DNA of 46,272 nt. It comes from a virus. Its lineage: Duplodnaviria; Caudoviricetes. Below are positions 44,141-46,272 of this stretch, in pieces. Position 1 is the first letter of the stretch; each line of letters opens with the position of its first letter. The notes under the pieces were generated by a model. It was not told the origin of the DNA. It made no database searches and was given only the letters and a program-made list of their open reading frames with translations. The translations under genes and the position numbers were made by a program. The stretch is taken from positions 1 through 46,272 of the IMG/VR virus record IMGVR_UViG_3300033475_000047; one strand, 5' to 3'.

Positions 44141-44454
44141 TAGCCGACGCCCTCGGGTAGCTCCTCGGGCGGCACATATACCAGCTGAAAGCGCGAGCCC
44201 AGGCCGGTATAGTAGGGATCACTTGAGCCCTGACTATCGTTGAAGAAGAAGTCACCCAAAAATCCCAGGTAAAGGTCGCGCACGATCCGCACCTGGTTTA
44301 AACAGATTACGCCACCGATGATGAGTTCATCATTCACCGAGACGTTCATGAAAAGGCCCTGCACCTTTTGATACAGCTCGATCTGGCAGGCCTGGTTTGA
44401 CAGGCTGATCGTAAACCGCTGCGAGGGTACTGCGTCCAAAGGAACCAGCTGCAT
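44140..44454 (-). CDS. Small baseplate protein
   Basis: VPL.AVPSQ...L..Q.C.I...GF.GD..F.D.QG..DP.Y.GLGSRF.L.Y. Confidence 0.8.
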   Translation of the reverse strand: MQLVPLDAVPSQRFTISLSNQACQIELYQKVQGLFMNVSVNDELIIGGVICLNQVRIVRDLYLGFLGDFFFNDSQGSSDPYYTGLGSRFQLVYVPPEELPEGVG

Positions 44455-45479
44455 CAGTTCAACGTGTTCAATAGAGCCGTTCCGATCGCCGTGCTGTCCT
44501 GCGCCGGGATGGGCTGGGCCTGCTTGGTGCCACCGCTCTTGACCGGCTGGGCGCTGGGCGACTTCGGCGCCGGCGTCTTGGTCGTCGTCGGGGTACTGTT
44601 GGGATCGGTGCCGGCCGTCTGACTGAAGGTCGCCGTGGCCGTATCGCGTATCTCCTGCAGGTAAACCTCTACCACCATGAGCCCCACGCCATTCTGCGCC
44701 GTTTGGCGATAGTCCACGTGCGTGATGTTGCAGCTCTGATAGGTCTTGGTCGGCGTCACCACATCGTAGAGGGTCAGATTGCCGGCGATATCCTCAATCG
44801 ATTTGAGAAACGCCGTGCGCGTGTCCAGCGAGCCGCCGCACGAGAACTTCACGCGCGCGTCAAAGGGTAGCTCCACCTTGTCGTAGCTCTGAAAGGCACC
44901 CTCCTCCACCGGATAGTCGGAGATGGTCCAATCCTTGCGATAGTCAAATCCCACAACGTTGTCAGCCTCAACGACCGACTGGCCCGACTCAAAAATTCCC
45001 CACTGCGGTTCCCCCCTGAACGCTGTAGAAGTAACGGACTCCACACCATCCTCCAACGTAGCATCATCAATGCCCGCATCCGCAAAGAAGTCGTCGGAGA
45101 CGTTGCTGAGCATGCTGGCGGTATTGTCCACCGTTCCAGAAATCAGGTTGATTGGCCCTGTAGGATTTGTTCCAATGGTCGCCATCAGCGAATTCAGATT
45201 GCCCGTAACATCGGTCATCGGATAGACGAACGGATCAAACAGACTGGAGGGATAGGTGCTGAAATTACCATTCACAATTCCCACTAGGCTAAGAGCCTCC
45301 TGCACACCCGAAAGCGCGTTGGACATTGGGGACAGGGGGGAATTGCGGGCGAAGGAGCTGATGCTGAGCAGAGCTCCAATAGCCTGGTCCATGCTGTCAC
45401 CCGTGCGCGAGATGACGTGCGGCGGGATGCGCAGCAATGATGGAACGCCCGGAACGTCCGGAACCATGGGATAATACAT
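44454..45479 (-). CDS. Baseplate organisation (Dit-like) protein
   Basis: QWGIF, ISDYPVEEGAFQSYDKVELP, YDVVTP..TY, LQEIR. Confidence 0.8.
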   Translation of the reverse strand: MYYPMVPDVPGVPSLLRIPPHVISRTGDSMDQAIGALLSISSFARNSPLSPMSNALSGVQEALSLVGIVNGNFSTYPSSLFDPFVYPMTDVTGNLNSLMATIGTNPTGPINLISGTVDNTASMLSNVSDDFFADAGIDDATLEDGVESVTSTAFRGEPQWGIFESGQSVVEADNVVGFDYRKDWTISDYPVEEGAFQSYDKVELPFDARVKFSCGGSLDTRTAFLKSIEDIAGNLTLYDVVTPTKTYQSCNITHVDYRQTAQNGVGLMVVEVYLQEIRDTATATFSQTAGTDPNSTPTTTKTPAPKSPSAQPVKSGGTKQAQPIPAQDSTAIGTALLNTLN

Positions 45480-45481
45480 GG

Positions 45482-46270
45482 CTATGTCGGCCCGCTGTTG
45501 GCCATCTGGGCGAAAGAGTTTTGCAGAGCCGGCGTGATATCACCGGCAATCCCGCGTGCGTCGGTGGCCTGCGTATTCACGGTCATGCTGCCAACCCGTA
45601 CGTCAGTCTTGTTGTTATTGGTCTGATAGCGATTGCCCGCAACGCTGGAGGCCACGGCGGTTGCCGGCACCGTTGCGGTACTTGGCGCCTTTATCATGGC
45701 CTGCGCGATCGCGGCCCGGAGCTCGCCCTGGTCGCTGGCCGGCCGCTCGTAGAGCCTCGATACGACCTTGGCGGCCGAGCCGGCGTCGCGAGTGTTAGCC
45801 AGAGCTTGACCGGCGCCGCTCTCCTCGTTGCGCAGCTCGTGGTCAATGAAGGCCAGCTGCTCGGCGCGGGAGGCCTCGCGAATGTCCTTGCCGGTCCAAT
45901 TCTTGAACCTGGCCTGACGATCCGGGTGCCATTGGGCCAGGCCAAAGGCGCGGCCATTGTCGCCCACCGCGTCCGTCCGTCCGGTGCTCTCGCTTTGGAT
46001 GCTCGCCACGATCCCCGTGGCCTGCTCCCGCGTCCATCCTTTTCCCATGAGGGTTTGCACGTCCCCCTCGCGGGTCGGGCCTCCCTTGCTGCCGTAGGCC
46101 CCGCTCGTGGGCTTTCCCGAGGCAGGCGGTGCCGGCAGCTTCTTGGCCATCTTGTCGGTTGCTGCCGTCGTATCATCGCTCATGCCACTCCAAAGCCGCT
46201 TCCACCAGGAGGAGATGGAGTTCCAGTTGCGGTAAAGCAGAAAGCCAGCCGCGGAGATGAGGGCAATGCC
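45482..46270 (-). CDS. Tape measure protein C-terminus with phage tail lysozyme domain (5' truncated)
   Basis: Frame open to the window edge (GIALISAAGFLLYRNWNSISSWWKRLW); GWTREQATGIVASIQSES...AVGDNG.AFGLAQW...R. Confidence 0.85.
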   Translation of the reverse strand, partial: GIALISAAGFLLYRNWNSISSWWKRLWSGMSDDTTAATDKMAKKLPAPPASGKPTSGAYGSKGGPTREGDVQTLMGKGWTREQATGIVASIQSESTGRTDAVGDNGRAFGLAQWHPDRQARFKNWTGKDIREASRAEQLAFIDHELRNEESGAGQALANTRDAGSAAKVVSRLYERPASDQGELRAAIAQAMIKAPSTATVPATAVASSVAGNRYQTNNNKTDVRVGSMTVNTQATDARGIAGDITPALQNSFAQMANSGPT

Positions 46271-46272
46271 CG

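Larger units (their letters stand above)
8210..44303. repeat. Dispersed palindrome GTTTAAAC, nine copies
   Basis: Starts at 8210, 12431, 14200, 24322, 24748, 27344, 33982, 44128 and 44296. Confidence 0.85.

Noticed and set aside
1-46272. CRISPR array, integrase/att site, transposase, reverse transcriptase or DGR
   Set aside because: No regularly spaced repeats, recombinase motifs or RT motifs were seen; polA shows no evident intron or intein

Overview
This window is a fragment of a GC-rich (about 60-65% by eye) tailed phage genome with a myovirus-type baseplate. The host is probably an alphaproteobacterium, inferred only from a CtrA-like DNA-binding domain. The + strand (1-29.3 kb) carries replication and nucleotide-metabolism genes: an AEP primase, two UvrD-type helicases, a family A DNA polymerase, a DnaQ exonuclease and a resolvase-like nuclease, plus many small early genes. 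The - strand (29.45-46.27 kb) carries the tape-measure C-terminus, baseplate, three fibre/adhesin-like genes and the lysis cassette. The two arms meet at a bidirectional terminator. The most notable signals are: (1) a probable cytosine-modification pathway, with a thymidylate-synthase homolog carrying the dCMP-type Asp, a separate ThyX, a dCMP deaminase, a MazG-like enzyme and a kinase-UDG fusion; (2) nine copies of the palindrome GTTTAAAC, mostly inside genes and spelled with rare codons; (3) a ~55-aa HTH-like module shared by three unrelated proteins, one of them a divergent C5 methyltransferase; (4) two receiver-less OmpR/CtrA-type regulators together with a repeated promoter containing 10-bp-spaced GTTTA repeats; (5) a ~190-nt structured RNA leader and several long intergenic hairpins; (6) tail-module proteins with export-signal-like N-termini. 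No tRNA, rRNA, CRISPR array or integrase was seen. All calls come from motif recognition by eye; no database search was run.
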